Source of the DNA: an uncultured Gammaproteobacteria bacterium
GTDB lineage: Bacteria; Patescibacteriota; Patescibacteriia; Magasanikbacterales; GWA2-37-8
DNA: 64,000 nt
Assembly: GCA_964634875.1 (NCBI GenBank)
Contig: CAZWKA010000006.1
Span: forward strand, 12,173 to 76,172
Direction of reading: 5' to 3'
In this document: positions 1 through 9,346 of the stretch, piece by piece
How positions within the stretch are numbered: position 1 is the first letter of the stretch
Layout of the letters: the number at the start of each line of letters is the position of its first letter
Program-made: the position numbers and the translations under genes
Notes under the pieces: generated by a model
What the model was told of the DNA's origin: nothing
The model's input: the letters and a program-made list of their open reading frames with translations, nothing else
Databases searched by the model: none

Positions 1-1
1 C

Positions 2-76
2 ATCACCACAGGGATATCAGCCGAGGAAATCATCAGACAAGGCAAAGAAGCCGCTGACAAAGCACAGGCCGCCTAA
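2..76 (+). CDS. 3' end of an unidentified CDS (partial, runs off window start)
   Basis: Frame 2 reads ...ITTGISAEEIIRQGKEAADKAQAA* and is followed immediately by a hairpin/T-tract terminator. Confidence 0.3.
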   Translation: MTTGISAEEIIRQGKEAADKAQAA

Positions 77-77
77 A

Positions 78-119
78 ACTAAAAAACAAGCCTCCGACAG
101 GCTTGTTTTTTAGTTTTTC
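78..119. terminator. Bidirectional intrinsic terminator between the convergent upstream gene and dnaN
   Basis: A-run, hairpin acaagcct...aggcttgt, then T-run. Confidence 0.55.
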
Positions 120-121
120 AC

Positions 122-1246
122 CTATTGCCTAACTGGCATTACGATATACAAAAAGCTTTCGTCTTTTTCCGGAAACAACACACAGGGACTGTCGCCATTT
201 ATTACCTTAAGCTGCACAGTATCGCTCGAGATGTTGTTAAGACCGTCTAGGAGGTAGCGGTGGCTTAAAAGCACCGTGCAGTCGTCTCCAGACACCTTCC
301 CTGCCACCTCCGCACTATGTTCGCCTGTCTGGGCGGAAGAAGAGGTAATTTTTACAGTACCCTCACTCGGCTTAAACTCCATAGTCACCGCGTTCACACC
401 GGTGGTTGTGAATAGCCCTGCTGCTTTGACGGCCTTACTAAGCTCAGTAACCCCCACCACACCGACGGTTTTAAATTCTTTAGGGATAATTTGAGTATAA
501 TCAGGATAAGCACCCTCGATCAGACGCGAGGTCATTTGAATATTATTAAAGTGCAGGGCTATTTGGTTGGCTGTTAATAAAAGACGGGCGTTTTCTTCTT
601 CGTCCATCGTATTAAGAGCCGATAAAACGTGAACCATTTCAATAGCCGTACGGCCAGGAATGACTGTCTTGAGGACTTCGTTGCCCTGGAGCAACCGAAT
701 TTTCTTCTCTGCCAATCGATAGCTGTCGGTTGCGGCGAGCACAACCTCACCTTCGTTTGCCACATTACACGAAAAGAACACCCCGGCTAACTCCGGTCGG
801 ATATCGTTTTTTGCAACCGCTGGCAAAACCTGCGACAAGCCACGTTTAAGGTCCTCGGCCTTAATAACAAAGCCTTGTCCGTCTTCAAGACTGGGAACCA
901 CAGGGAACTCGTCGGCTGGCGTACCCTTGATCTTTGTAAATGACTTTCCTGCTGAAATAAGCAGCTCGTTTTCCTGCAGCTCAACATCAACTTTTTCTTC
1001 AGCAATCAGAGTAATAAAATCAACCAGTGTCCGTGCGGGCACCGTGAACTGTCCTGGCGCCTCCACCTTTGCTCGAACGACAATAGTGATGGCGAGATCA
1101 AGGTTGGTGCCGACCACCTCTACCTTTTGAGCATCCGCCTTAAGCAAAATATTATTGAGAATTGGCAGGTTTACATTTTTTCCAGCCAAGCTACTGACCA
1201 GGGAAAGTGCTTGGAGGAAATTTTCTTTAGTACAGGAGAACTTCAT
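122..1246 (-). CDS. dnaN: DNA polymerase III beta sliding clamp
   Basis: 374 aa; N-terminus MKF..ENFLQALSLVSSLAGK..LPILNNILL is typical of DnaN; lies directly downstream of dnaA. Confidence 0.93.
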   Translation of the reverse strand: MKFSCTKENFLQALSLVSSLAGKNVNLPILNNILLKADAQKVEVVGTNLDLAITIVVRAKVEAPGQFTVPARTLVDFITLIAEEKVDVELQENELLISAGKSFTKIKGTPADEFPVVPSLEDGQGFVIKAEDLKRGLSQVLPAVAKNDIRPELAGVFFSCNVANEGEVVLAATDSYRLAEKKIRLLQGNEVLKTVIPGRTAIEMVHVLSALNTMDEEENARLLLTANQIALHFNNIQMTSRLIEGAYPDYTQIIPKEFKTVGVVGVTELSKAVKAAGLFTTTGVNAVTMEFKPSEGTVKITSSSAQTGEHSAEVAGKVSGDDCTVLLSHRYLLDGLNNISSDTVQLKVINGDSPCVLFPEKDESFLYIVMPVRQ

Positions 1247-1552
1247 ACACAGGTGTCGCTTATATAATTATTTTAAAAAATATATTTTTAGTATACTAGT
1301 AATAATAAGCACGGTGGACAGCGGGGATAAGTCGGAAATTAATCTCTGTTGAGGCAAAAACACCGGTGCATAGTTTCTTCTTGGAAGTGTAAACTTTTGG
1401 CGGTCATGTCGATAACTCTTGAAGGAGAACAAAGGCATGTGGGATAACTTTTTTTTCTGGGGATAGTCTGGTAGGTTTGTCCGCACCCCTAACCTGGGTT
1501 GTACACACGCCGTCCCCAGCTTATCCACTACTTTACTACACGTTATTCACAT
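1247..1552. promoter_or_regulatory. oriC part 2: AT-rich unwinding-element-like stretch (about 1255-1330) plus DnaA boxes at the dnaA/dnaN junction
   Basis: TTATCCACt at 1521-1529 and consensus TTATTCACA at 1543-1551; very AT-rich run ttatataattattttaaaaaatatattttt. Confidence 0.5.
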
Positions 1553-2933
1553 ACATGCGTTGTTTTAACGACTCAATCTCTTGTTTGAGTTTGAGATCGT
1601 TCTCGAGTTCGTTCTTGATTTTCTCGTGGGCATGCATCGCTGTGGTGTGGTCGCGGTTGCCAAGTCCTTCGCCAATCGCTGGATACGACATCTTGAGCTC
1701 CTCGCGCATGAGGTACATAATAATTTGGCGTGGAAAGGAAATCTTTTTCTCTCGGCTTTTACCGCGGAGGTCTTCGGTAGATATGTTGTAGACCTGGCTG
1801 ACCGTTTCAATCAGCTGGTCGGCGGTAAGCGAGCGGCGGGTAGACCCGGCTTCCAACCCAGATAAAAGCGACTTAATCGTTTCGGGGGTTGGTACCATGT
1901 TTTTGAGTTGATGGAAAACAATGATCTTGTTAAGGGCGCCCTCGAGTTCGCGAATGTTGCTCTGTACGACCGAAGCAATTGTTTGGATGATTTTTTGTTC
2001 TAGTATAAAAGATTTTTCAGCACATTTACGTTCTAAAATGGCTACACGGGTCTCAAAGTCAGGTGCTGAAACATCGGCGATCATTCCCCACTCAAAGCGC
2101 GACTTAAGACGGTCCTCGAGGGCAGGAATCGCTTTTGGCGGGCGGTCCGAGGTAATGACTACCTGTTTGTTTTGTTGGTGAAGCTCGTTAAAGGTATGAA
2201 AGAAAGATTCTTGAGTTCGGTCTTTGCCGGCAATGAACTGAATATCGTCAATGAGGAGCAGGTCGACGTGCCGGTAGCGGTTTTGGAAATCTTTGGCCGC
2301 ACCTTCTTTGATAGAAGAAATAAAGTCGTTAGAAAACTTTTCAGCACTGACGTACAGAATAACAATGCCTGGGTTTTTTTTAGTGAGTTCGTTGCCGATG
2401 GCTTGTAGTAAGTGTGTTTTACCAAGTCCTACTCCGCCGTAGATAAACAAAGGGTTATATGCGACACCAGGACGAGCAGCAACCGCCTGTGCGGCAGCGT
2501 ACGCAAGTTCGCTCCCCCCGCCCACTACAAAGTTATCGAAAGTATATTTAGGGTTGATAATAAACGCACCGCCTGTTTCGTTGTTGCCCTGGCGTTGTGC
2601 GGTTGGAGCTGTAAAAGGTAAGTTGTTAAACTCTGGGGGTTTGGGAACGGATTGAAAAACGACCGGTTGTTCAGTGATGTTTTTGATATTATCAATTTTG
2701 TATTCTAATTTTTTGATCGGCTTTTCTGTGATTCGTTCGAGCGACTTGATGACCGTCTGATGGTATTTTTTTTCAAGCCAGGCTTTGGTAAAGGCGTTTG
2801 GTACGCACAGGAGTACCTGCCCTTCTTGAACCGAGATGATGCCGGTGTTTTTGAACCAGGTAATGAAATTGGCTTTCGAGATGCTCAGTTCAAGCTCGGC
2901 GAGGACGGCCTGCCACAGTTCGCTGTTATTCAT
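1536..2933 (-). CDS. dnaA: Chromosomal replication initiator DnaA
   Basis: 465 aa; AAA+ Walker A GGVGLGKTHLL and a C-terminal DnaA DNA-binding region (..ISFPRQIIMYLMREELKMSYPAIGEGLG). Confidence 0.96.
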   Translation of the reverse strand: MNNSELWQAVLAELELSISKANFITWFKNTGIISVQEGQVLLCVPNAFTKAWLEKKYHQTVIKSLERITEKPIKKLEYKIDNIKNITEQPVVFQSVPKPPEFNNLPFTAPTAQRQGNNETGGAFIINPKYTFDNFVVGGGSELAYAAAQAVAARPGVAYNPLFIYGGVGLGKTHLLQAIGNELTKKNPGIVILYVSAEKFSNDFISSIKEGAAKDFQNRYRHVDLLLIDDIQFIAGKDRTQESFFHTFNELHQQNKQVVITSDRPPKAIPALEDRLKSRFEWGMIADVSAPDFETRVAILERKCAEKSFILEQKIIQTIASVVQSNIRELEGALNKIIVFHQLKNMVPTPETIKSLLSGLEAGSTRRSLTADQLIETVSQVYNISTEDLRGKSREKKISFPRQIIMYLMREELKMSYPAIGEGLGNRDHTTAMHAHEKIKNELENDLKLKQEIESLKQRMYVNNV

Positions 2934-3192
2934 AAAAAAGACGGTTTTTTAAGTAATTTTACCCATTCTAACACAAGGCTGGTTTTTAGGGAAAGGAAGC
3001 GTTTAAGGGGTGGTGGGGACAGACTGTTGATAACCTGTGGATAGATGTGACTAAACAATGAAACAGGGGGTTGTAAGCAGTTTTGGTGTACCCTTTCTAG
3101 GTATTGTTTCATTGTTTACCTAAAAAGGTTGACTAAATCAAAAAAAACTTGTATGCTAGGGGCGTTGCTTCCAGATTACCTTAATTTAAAAT
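2934..3192. promoter_or_regulatory. oriC part 1: divergent dnaA/rpmH intergenic region with DnaA boxes
   Basis: TGTTGATAA (rc TTATCAACA) at 3025-3033 and TGTGGATAG (rc CTATCCACA) at 3036-3044; classical rpmH<>dnaA arrangement. Confidence 0.55.
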
Positions 3193-3366
3193 ATGTCAAC
3201 GAAACGAACCTATCAACCAAAAAAGCGCAAACGCGCTAAAACCCACGGCTTCCGTGCCCGTATGGCGACTAAACAAGGCCGTACCGTACTTGCCCGTCGC
3301 CGCGCCCGTGGACGCAAAAAACTTACTGTGTCGGACGAAAAGAAAGGAAAACGCCTCCGCAAATAA
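3193..3366 (+). CDS. rpmH: 50S ribosomal protein L34 (below the ORF-track length cutoff)
   Basis: Translates [46 protein letters not shown].. matching the L34 consensus. Confidence 0.85.
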   Translation: MSTKRTYQPKKRKRAKTHGFRARMATKQGRTVLARRRARGRKKLTVSDEKKGKRLRK

Positions 3367-3390
3367 AAGGCGGCAGGTCTCCAAGGCACA

Positions 3391-3418
3391 ATCCGTCTCT
3401 AAAGACGGATTTTGTGTT
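3391..3418 (+). terminator. Hairpin plus T-rich attenuator/terminator between rpmH and rnpA
   Basis: atccgtct-ctaa-agacggat followed by ttttgtgtt. Confidence 0.4.
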
Positions 3419-3429
3419 ATAATCCCCAT

Positions 3430-3846
3430 ATGCTTCCTCTTGAAAACCGTCTCAAAAAAGTTCGCGACTTTAATTTGGTTACTAAATATGGCCGTTGGAT
3501 CAACGGCACATTTTTGGATTTAAAAGTTCTTGACCTGGAAAAAAACAAACAACAGGTGCCGGCCAAGGAAGATCTTGAAAGTTTTAAAAAGCAGCTAAAG
3601 TTAGCCTTTGCGGTGGGGTTAAAAATTTCTAAAAAGGCAGTGGTGCGTAATCGCCTTCGCCGCCAACTGCGCGAAGCTGTACGGCTCGCCTTTAAAGCCA
3701 GCCAGCCCGAACCAGGTTTTTTTGTCTTGGTAGTGGCAAAAAAAGAATCGCTCAACAGGGAGTATGGTGACCTTGAACGCGAAGTGACCGCCCTACTCCG
3801 ACGGGCTGGGCTCTGCAAAATGCCGCCCATGCCAAAGAGTAAATAG
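3430..3846 (+). CDS. rnpA: RNase P protein component
   Basis: RnpA-like basic protein (..RLRRQLREAVR..) directly after rpmH; the ORF-track start at 3412 is TTG, first ATG is at 3430. Confidence 0.85.
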   Translation: MLPLENRLKKVRDFNLVTKYGRWINGTFLDLKVLDLEKNKQQVPAKEDLESFKKQLKLAFAVGLKISKKAVVRNRLRRQLREAVRLAFKASQPEPGFFVLVVAKKESLNREYGDLEREVTALLRRAGLCKMPPMPKSK

Positions 3847-3856
3847 CGTTTTTTGT

Positions 3857-4138
3857 ATGGAAGCTCAGCCAAAAAAGACAACTATTTTCCGCCTTGTTTT
3901 TTTAATGCCCCGCTACTGCTTAATGTTTATTATTAAGCTGTACCAACTCACCTTTTCGCCCGATCACGGGCTCTTCAAACATCGTTTTCCGAATGGTTAT
4001 TGCCCTTTTTATCCTTCGTGCAGCTCCTATGCATATCAAACAATCGAAAAAAACGGCGCCATACGAGGCTCGCTCAAGAGTGTGTGGCGTATCGTACGGT
4101 GTCATCCGTGGACCCGGGGCGGAGTTGATATGCCCTAA
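3857..4138 (+). CDS. yidD: Membrane protein insertion efficiency factor YidD
   Basis: Contains CPFYPSCSSYAY....RCHPW.RGG.D.P, the YidD/DUF37 signature. Confidence 0.85.
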   Translation: MEAQPKKTTIFRLVFLMPRYCLMFIIKLYQLTFSPDHGLFKHRFPNGYCPFYPSCSSYAYQTIEKNGAIRGSLKSVWRIVRCHPWTRGGVDMP

Positions 4139-4172
4139 AAAAAGACAGCCCTCCGGCTGTTTTTTTGTTGTA
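4139..4172. terminator. Bidirectional terminator after yidD
   Basis: aaaaaaagacagcc-ctcc-ggctgttttttt. Confidence 0.55.
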
Positions 4173-4174
4173 AC

Positions 4175-4399
4175 TTAGTCAAAAATTTCAATTATTTTAT
4201 TTTTACTTTTGTGCCCGCTTTTTATTCTGAGTTTGCTCGTTGGCAATCCCAAGTGTTTGCCAAGAGTTGTGAGAGTTGCTTTGTTCGCCTTGTTCTCGGT
4301 TGGCGTGGCCGTAACCCGGATTGTAAGTGTACCACCTGCTTCCTGCTCGACAACTTCATTTTTGGAGGCGCGCGGCACTACGCGGACACTACGCAGCAT
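4175..4399 (-). CDS. DUF167 (YggU-like) family small protein
   Basis: 74 aa; ..RVVPRASKNEV....LTIRVTATPTENKANKA, a YggU-like pattern. Confidence 0.55.
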   Translation of the reverse strand: MLRSVRVVPRASKNEVVEQEAGGTLTIRVTATPTENKANKATLTTLGKHLGLPTSKLRIKSGHKSKNKIIEIFD

Positions 4400-4415
4400 A
4401 CTTTTGTTTTTAAGC

Positions 4416-4604
4416 TTAACGAAGGCTTTTTAAGAGCCTCAAATCTTCTACGATTTTGTCGTGTTCCGTCTCGGCGATGAAGGTTACGCCGGCTAATTTT
4501 TTGTTCGCAAACAAATTTTTAAAACCCTCAAGGCAAATATTAACAGCGTTGAGTGGGGCATTGGGGAGCCCGCCAGCGATCGAGACAGGGGTGCCGAAGA
4601 GCAT
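4416..4604 (-). CDS. Hypothetical small protein
   Basis: 62-aa ORF in an otherwise empty slot on the same strand as its neighbours; no recognisable motif. Confidence 0.25.
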   Translation of the reverse strand: MLFGTPVSIAGGLPNAPLNAVNICLEGFKNLFANKKLAGVTFIAETEHDKIVEDLRLLKSLR

Positions 4605-4651
4605 AGGTTTTAATTTAGGGGTAGTGTTAATGATAAATTAACACATGCCGC

Positions 4652-4690
4652 TTAAAAAAACCAACCTCCAGAAGAAGAGGTTGGGTTTAG
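4652..4690 (-). terminator. Intrinsic terminator downstream of tig
   Basis: Minus strand reads aaacccaacctc-ttcttctgg-aggttggttttttt. Confidence 0.55.
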
Positions 4691-4702
4691 ATGGAAAAAG
4701 TA

Positions 4703-5983
4703 TTATTTTTTTACCTGTTCTTTTACCCACTGCATCACCTTCTTGTTCTGCAGCGTGGTTGCAATCGTTTGAATGACCTCCTGCCGTTTGAGATTTTCTT
4801 CTACCTGAGGATTGTTTGGGTAAGCGGCGCGGATTGCATCAAGTTCTTTGTTCATTTCGTCAGGTTCAATTTTGATATTATTTTGAAGGGCGATTTGGCG
4901 GGAAATAAGCGCGGCCTTGGCTCGTTTATCGGCTTGGGCAGTAAAGTCAGCCAAGATTTCGGCTTCAGTTTTCTTCATGTCAGCTAAATATTTTTCAACC
5001 GGAATACCCTGTTCCTCTAGGTTGTGTTTGAGTTCATAGAACATTTTGTTCTTTTCCGCGTCAATAAGGACATCGGGGATGACCTCAAAGCTGCTTTTCT
5101 CAATGAGCTGCTCCAAGAGGGCGATCTCAAATCGTTCGTCTTCTTTGCGCTGTCCTTCGCGGGTCAAGTTAGTGGTCAGTAATTCCACCATCTTCTCGAG
5201 GCTCTGTTGGCCCAAGGCTTTGGCAAACTCGTCGTTCAGTTCGGGGTACGAAAGTTCGTAAACCTCGTTTACTTTTACTTTAAAATCAACATCTTTGCCG
5301 GCAAAGTGTTTTTGGTAGTGCTCTTTAGGGAATTTGAGGGTAAATTCTTTGGTATCATCTTTTTTAAGCCCAACTAGTTCTTCGGCAAACCCAGGAATGT
5401 AGTGCGGTTCACTAAGGTACACCTGATGGTTCGGGGCCTGCCCGCCTTCCATTGGGACTTTATCAATAAACATGTCCATGTTCACAACCACCTTGTCGTC
5501 CTTGGTGGCGCTGCCGGCTTTAATTACTTCTTTGCCCTGCATTTTACGCAGGTTTTCCATCGTTTCATCGATCTGCTCTTTGCTAACCGTTACGGGTTTG
5601 CCTTCAACGTTAATAGTTGTAAGGTCGGGTACGGTAACTTTGGGGAGCAAGGCTACTGAGGCTGTAAAAACAAGCTCGTTGCCGGGAGCAAATTTTTGCA
5701 AACTAATTTGAGGCATGCCAATGGTGTCGAGCTTCTCTTCGCTGACCGCCTTGAAAAAATTGCTTTCCACAATGGATTGCATGGCTTCTTCCAGAATGCG
5801 TATTTCGCCCATTTCTTGTTTAACCAGATCGTAAGGGGCTTTGCCTGGCCGGAAACCTTTGATAGCTGCGCGCTCGGACAGACGGACAGCGGCCACCTCC
5901 ATATTTTTTTTGTAATCAGCAGGAGCAACGGTAATGGTGAGTTCAGCGGTTGATTTGTCGGTTTTTTTGAGCGTGTAGGACAT
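4703..5983 (-). CDS. tig: Trigger factor
   Basis: 426 aa; N-terminal ribosome-binding region plus a PPIase region (..GFRPGKAPYDLV..). Confidence 0.92.
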   Translation of the reverse strand: MSYTLKKTDKSTAELTITVAPADYKKNMEVAAVRLSERAAIKGFRPGKAPYDLVKQEMGEIRILEEAMQSIVESNFFKAVSEEKLDTIGMPQISLQKFAPGNELVFTASVALLPKVTVPDLTTINVEGKPVTVSKEQIDETMENLRKMQGKEVIKAGSATKDDKVVVNMDMFIDKVPMEGGQAPNHQVYLSEPHYIPGFAEELVGLKKDDTKEFTLKFPKEHYQKHFAGKDVDFKVKVNEVYELSYPELNDEFAKALGQQSLEKMVELLTTNLTREGQRKEDERFEIALLEQLIEKSSFEVIPDVLIDAEKNKMFYELKHNLEEQGIPVEKYLADMKKTEAEILADFTAQADKRAKAALISRQIALQNNIKIEPDEMNKELDAIRAAYPNNPQVEENLKRQEVIQTIATTLQNKKVMQWVKEQVKK

Positions 5984-6061
5984 ACAGGAAATAGTTATTA
6001 AAACAGGCCTACTTTAGCGGAAAACAGCGTAAGTGTCAAATGTGTGGGGAAATAAAAAAAC

Positions 6062-6096
6062 TCGATGTACCATCGAGTTTTTTTAGGGGAGCCGCG
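6062..6096. terminator. Bidirectional terminator
   Basis: aaaaaaactcgatg-tacc-atcgagttttttt. Confidence 0.5.
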
Positions 6097-6122
6097 CATG
6101 CCTGGACCAAAAAGATGGTCTG

Positions 6123-6443
6123 CTAACCGGCGGCAGACAAAGGGGGTGGGGCAAAAGCAACGCCGTTCGCAATCAGGACAACCTCGGTGTCTTCGCCGTA
6201 GAACTCTTTTTCGACGGCCACGGCGGGAACGTTGAGGAGGAGGGCCAGTGCAGCAAGCTGAGAGCTGGAGATGAGGCTTGGATCTGTGTCTCCACAGAAG
6301 ATCTTGATGCGCTGTTCGTTGGGATCCTCAGAGACAATGCAGCCAGCTGCGAGCCAGGGTAGCAGTCTGCGGATGTCGTGTGCGAAGCTTGGTACTCTCA
6401 TGTCCACCGTACCCCTTTGTTGTGATATCGCGTATTTAGCCAC
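6123..6443 (-). CDS. Hypothetical protein in high-GC island 1
   Basis: 106-aa ORF preceded on the minus strand by TTGACA-18-TAAATA and an AAAGGGG Shine-Dalgarno. Confidence 0.4.
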   Translation of the reverse strand: MAKYAISQQRGTVDMRVPSFAHDIRRLLPWLAAGCIVSEDPNEQRIKIFCGDTDPSLISSSQLAALALLLNVPAVAVEKEFYGEDTEVVLIANGVAFAPPPLSAAG

Positions 6444-6573
6444 AAAAAAGGTGGTTTGTCAACCTTTTAGGCTATATTTGTGGCCCTCAAACAGCTTTTG
6501 TAATTATGCGTAGTGTCTAAAAATGAAAGCCCGGGCGCTCGAGGGAGCGCTCCGGGGAAGGGGTTGGTCGTGG

Positions 6574-7155
6574 TTATTGAGCCATGGAGCAGCTGTCGAG
6601 CGTGTGGAAGCTGGTTGCTCCCGGCCCGATTTCGATGAGGATCCGTTGTGTGCTCCGCGAATCCTTCATCCAAACAGTCTGGCTATTGCCGTGAACCATG
6701 ATGGCCGGGTGGCGGCAGGTAAAGAACCCGATCGGCACGTAGTCGTCGATGGGGTGCATGCTGTATTCGCTCTGCGGGCGCGGGGACTCTCCGCACTCAA
6801 CGACAAAAGACTCCTCTCCTGCATGCCGCGTCTGATCCAGGTCATACTGGATTCGCAGCTGGCCGCTGGGGCAGCTGTGCCAGTTGAAGAAGCTGTCGAC
6901 CTGCTTGCTCACGACCACCAGCTGCAGGGCGCCGACGAGCGTCTCGAGAGGGCGGATGGTGGCCGCACCAATGGCCGCTTCGGACGTATCGTGTGGGGCA
7001 AGCGCACGGAGCGTGGGGTGGCCCGGCGTCTCAACGGGTGCAGACACTTCTTCGGTTACCGGGCTCGCAACCTCGGTCTGTGCAGGTGGACGTGCCGGCG
7101 TCGTAGTGGCGCAGGCGGCCAACAAGGCGGAGCAAAGGATCAGACGTGTGTACAT
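6574..7155 (-). CDS. Predicted lipoprotein in high-GC island 1
   Basis: Signal peptide with lipobox LLAAC; GGAGG Shine-Dalgarno 5 nt before ATG; ~62% GC. Confidence 0.55.
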   Translation of the reverse strand: MYTRLILCSALLAACATTTPARPPAQTEVASPVTEEVSAPVETPGHPTLRALAPHDTSEAAIGAATIRPLETLVGALQLVVVSKQVDSFFNWHSCPSGQLRIQYDLDQTRHAGEESFVVECGESPRPQSEYSMHPIDDYVPIGFFTCRHPAIMVHGNSQTVWMKDSRSTQRILIEIGPGATSFHTLDSCSMAQ

Positions 7156-7230
7156 GACATCCTCCTAATCAGGACATTTGTGGCAGCAACCCTTTCACAA
7201 AAAACGTTTTTTGTCAAGGGTTTTAGCTAA

Positions 7231-7262
7231 AAAAAGAACGCCGAGAGGCGTTCTTTTGGGTG
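7231..7262. terminator. Terminator downstream of hppA
   Basis: aaaaaagaacgcc-gaga-ggcgttctttt. Confidence 0.55.
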
Positions 7263-7271
7263 CGAGGGGTT

Positions 7272-9263
7272 TTATTTTAAGAGCAGTCCGACAATGAGTA
7301 AGGCTACGATATTGGCAACTTTGATCATTGGGTTAATCGACGGGCCAGCTGTATCTTTGTATGGGTCGCCAACCGTGTCACCAGTAACCGCTGCTTGGTG
7401 AGCAAATGAGCCTTTGCCGCCGTAGTTACCTTTTTCAATGAATTTTTTAGCGTTGTCCCAAGCGGCACCTCCGGTAGTCATAGAAATAGCAAGGAAAATA
7501 CCAGTAATAATCGTGCCGACCAGGAGGCCGCCCAGCGCCGGGATGCCCAGAAAAACGCCAACCAAGATTGGGGCAGCGACCGGTAAGAGAGCAGGAAGGA
7601 TCATTTGTTGTAGAGCGCCTTTGGTAACGATGTCAGCGGCGCGGGCGTAATCTGGTTTATTGGTGCCCTCCATAATACCAGGAATTTCTTTGAACTGGCG
7701 GCGGACTTCTTCAACAACCTGGCCAGCAACCTTGCCGACTGATTCCATGAGCATGGAACCGAACAGGTATGGTAACAAGCCGCCGATAAAGAGGCCGACC
7801 AAAACTTTCGGATCATTGATTAAGAAAACTGTTGAAGCGGGAAGTTGGTGGGTAAAGTCAGCGAACAAAACGAGTGATGATAAGCCTGCTGCCGCAATCG
7901 CATAGCCTTTCGTAACGGCTTTGGTGGTGTTGCCAACGGCGTCCAGGGGGTCAGTAACAGCTCGCACGCTTTCTGAAAGTTCGGCCATTTCGGCAATACC
8001 GCCGGCATTGTCGGTGATGGGGCCATAGGCATCAATAGTGACGACGATCCCGGTCATCGAAAGCATGCTGACTGCAGCAATCGCAATTCCAAACAAGCCT
8101 GCCAACCAAAACGAACCGAGCATGGCAGCCAAAATGAGGAGTACGGGGACGGCGGTAGATTTCATGGAAACAGCGAGTCCAGCAATAATGTTCGTGCCAT
8201 GTCCGGTAGTACTTGCTTTAGCAATATGTTGGACTGGTGAGTATTCGGTAGAAGTGTAGTAGTCGGTAACAAATACCATGGCAAGCGTCAGGGCGAGACC
8301 GATAACCGCTGTGCCAAAAAGGTGCATAACCGAGAAGCCCGGTAGTCCGCTCAAGAGCCAGCGAGTGATGGGGTAAAAGGCAACTAAAGAAAGGACGCCT
8401 GCAGCGATGAGGCCTTTGTATAAAGCTCTCATGACATTCTTGTCTTTGCCGAGGCGAATGAAAAACGTGCCAATGATTGAAGCGATAATCGAGGCGCCGC
8501 CCAACATAAGCGGAAACACGACCGCCTTGGTGTTGCCAGGGAACAAAAGGCTGGCGAGGAGCATGGCGGCGATTGTTGTAATGGCATAAGTTTCAAAAAG
8601 ATCGGCAGCCATACCAGCACAGTCGCCAACATTATCACCCACATTATCAGCGATGACGGCTGGGTTACGTGGATCATCTTCGGGAATGCCTTTTTCAACT
8701 TTACCAACCAGATCAGCACCCACATCGGCTGCTTTGGTGAAGATGCCTCCGCCGATACGAGCAAAGACAGAAACCAGGCTGCCGCCAAACCCAAGGCCAA
8801 TGAGCGCTGCAAGGTCGCCGTTCGTAACCAGATAAAAGCCAGCAACCCCCAAGAGACCAAGACCGGCAACCAGGAGGCCGGTAACCGAACCGCCGCGTAC
8901 GGCGAGGTTAAGTGCTTCTTTAAAACCAAGTTTGGCTGCTTCGGCAGTACGGACATTGGCTTTGACCGAAATCATCATCCCAACATAGCCAGCCAAACAA
9001 GAAAAACCAGCCCCTACAATGAAGCCAAAGGCTGTGATCCAGTCTAGTCCGAGGCCGATGACAAGAAAGATGACCGCTGCTACCACCCCGATCGTTTTAT
9101 ATTGTCTGAAGAGATACGCTTTAGCACCGGTTTGGATGGCGCGAGCAATCATTTGCATTCGTTCGTCTCCGGCTGGTTGGCGCAGAACCCAGCGGATTAA
9201 GATAAGACCATAAAGGATGGCCAGAACTGCGGGAACGATTGCTCCCAAAACGATGATGAGCAT
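7272..9263 (-). CDS. hppA: Membrane-bound proton/sodium-translocating pyrophosphatase
   Basis: 663 aa polytopic protein with V-PPase motifs (..GDNVGDCAG.., [25 protein letters not shown]). Confidence 0.95.
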   Translation of the reverse strand: MLIIVLGAIVPAVLAILYGLILIRWVLRQPAGDERMQMIARAIQTGAKAYLFRQYKTIGVVAAVIFLVIGLGLDWITAFGFIVGAGFSCLAGYVGMMISVKANVRTAEAAKLGFKEALNLAVRGGSVTGLLVAGLGLLGVAGFYLVTNGDLAALIGLGFGGSLVSVFARIGGGIFTKAADVGADLVGKVEKGIPEDDPRNPAVIADNVGDNVGDCAGMAADLFETYAITTIAAMLLASLLFPGNTKAVVFPLMLGGASIIASIIGTFFIRLGKDKNVMRALYKGLIAAGVLSLVAFYPITRWLLSGLPGFSVMHLFGTAVIGLALTLAMVFVTDYYTSTEYSPVQHIAKASTTGHGTNIIAGLAVSMKSTAVPVLLILAAMLGSFWLAGLFGIAIAAVSMLSMTGIVVTIDAYGPITDNAGGIAEMAELSESVRAVTDPLDAVGNTTKAVTKGYAIAAAGLSSLVLFADFTHQLPASTVFLINDPKVLVGLFIGGLLPYLFGSMLMESVGKVAGQVVEEVRRQFKEIPGIMEGTNKPDYARAADIVTKGALQQMILPALLPVAAPILVGVFLGIPALGGLLVGTIITGIFLAISMTTGGAAWDNAKKFIEKGNYGGKGSFAHQAAVTGDTVGDPYKDTAGPSINPMIKVANIVALLIVGLLLK

Positions 9264-9299
9264 AAAAACAATGCTTAAATTAAAGGTAAAAATAGATTG

Positions 9300-9335
9300 A
9301 TTTGCCCCCTATACTATGGTAAACTCTCCAAATAG
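9300..9335 (+). promoter_or_regulatory. Putative sigma70-type promoter for the M23 peptidase gene
   Basis: TTGATT-17-TAAACT upstream of the ATG at 9347. Confidence 0.4.
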
Positions 9336-9346
9336 TCAAGCAAACT

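Noticed and set aside
6523-7230. 235-aa plus-strand ORF antisense to the lipoprotein gene 6574..7155; similar long antisense ORFs at 20453..21061(-), 27647..28474(-), 28629..29060(+), 15201..15563(-) and 55659..56105(-)
   Set aside because: High-GC DNA throws up long spurious ORFs on both strands. The opposite-strand ORFs have signal peptides or lipoboxes, Shine-Dalgarno sites and recognisable enzyme motifs, so they are preferred. 55659..56105 remains a genuine ambiguity.
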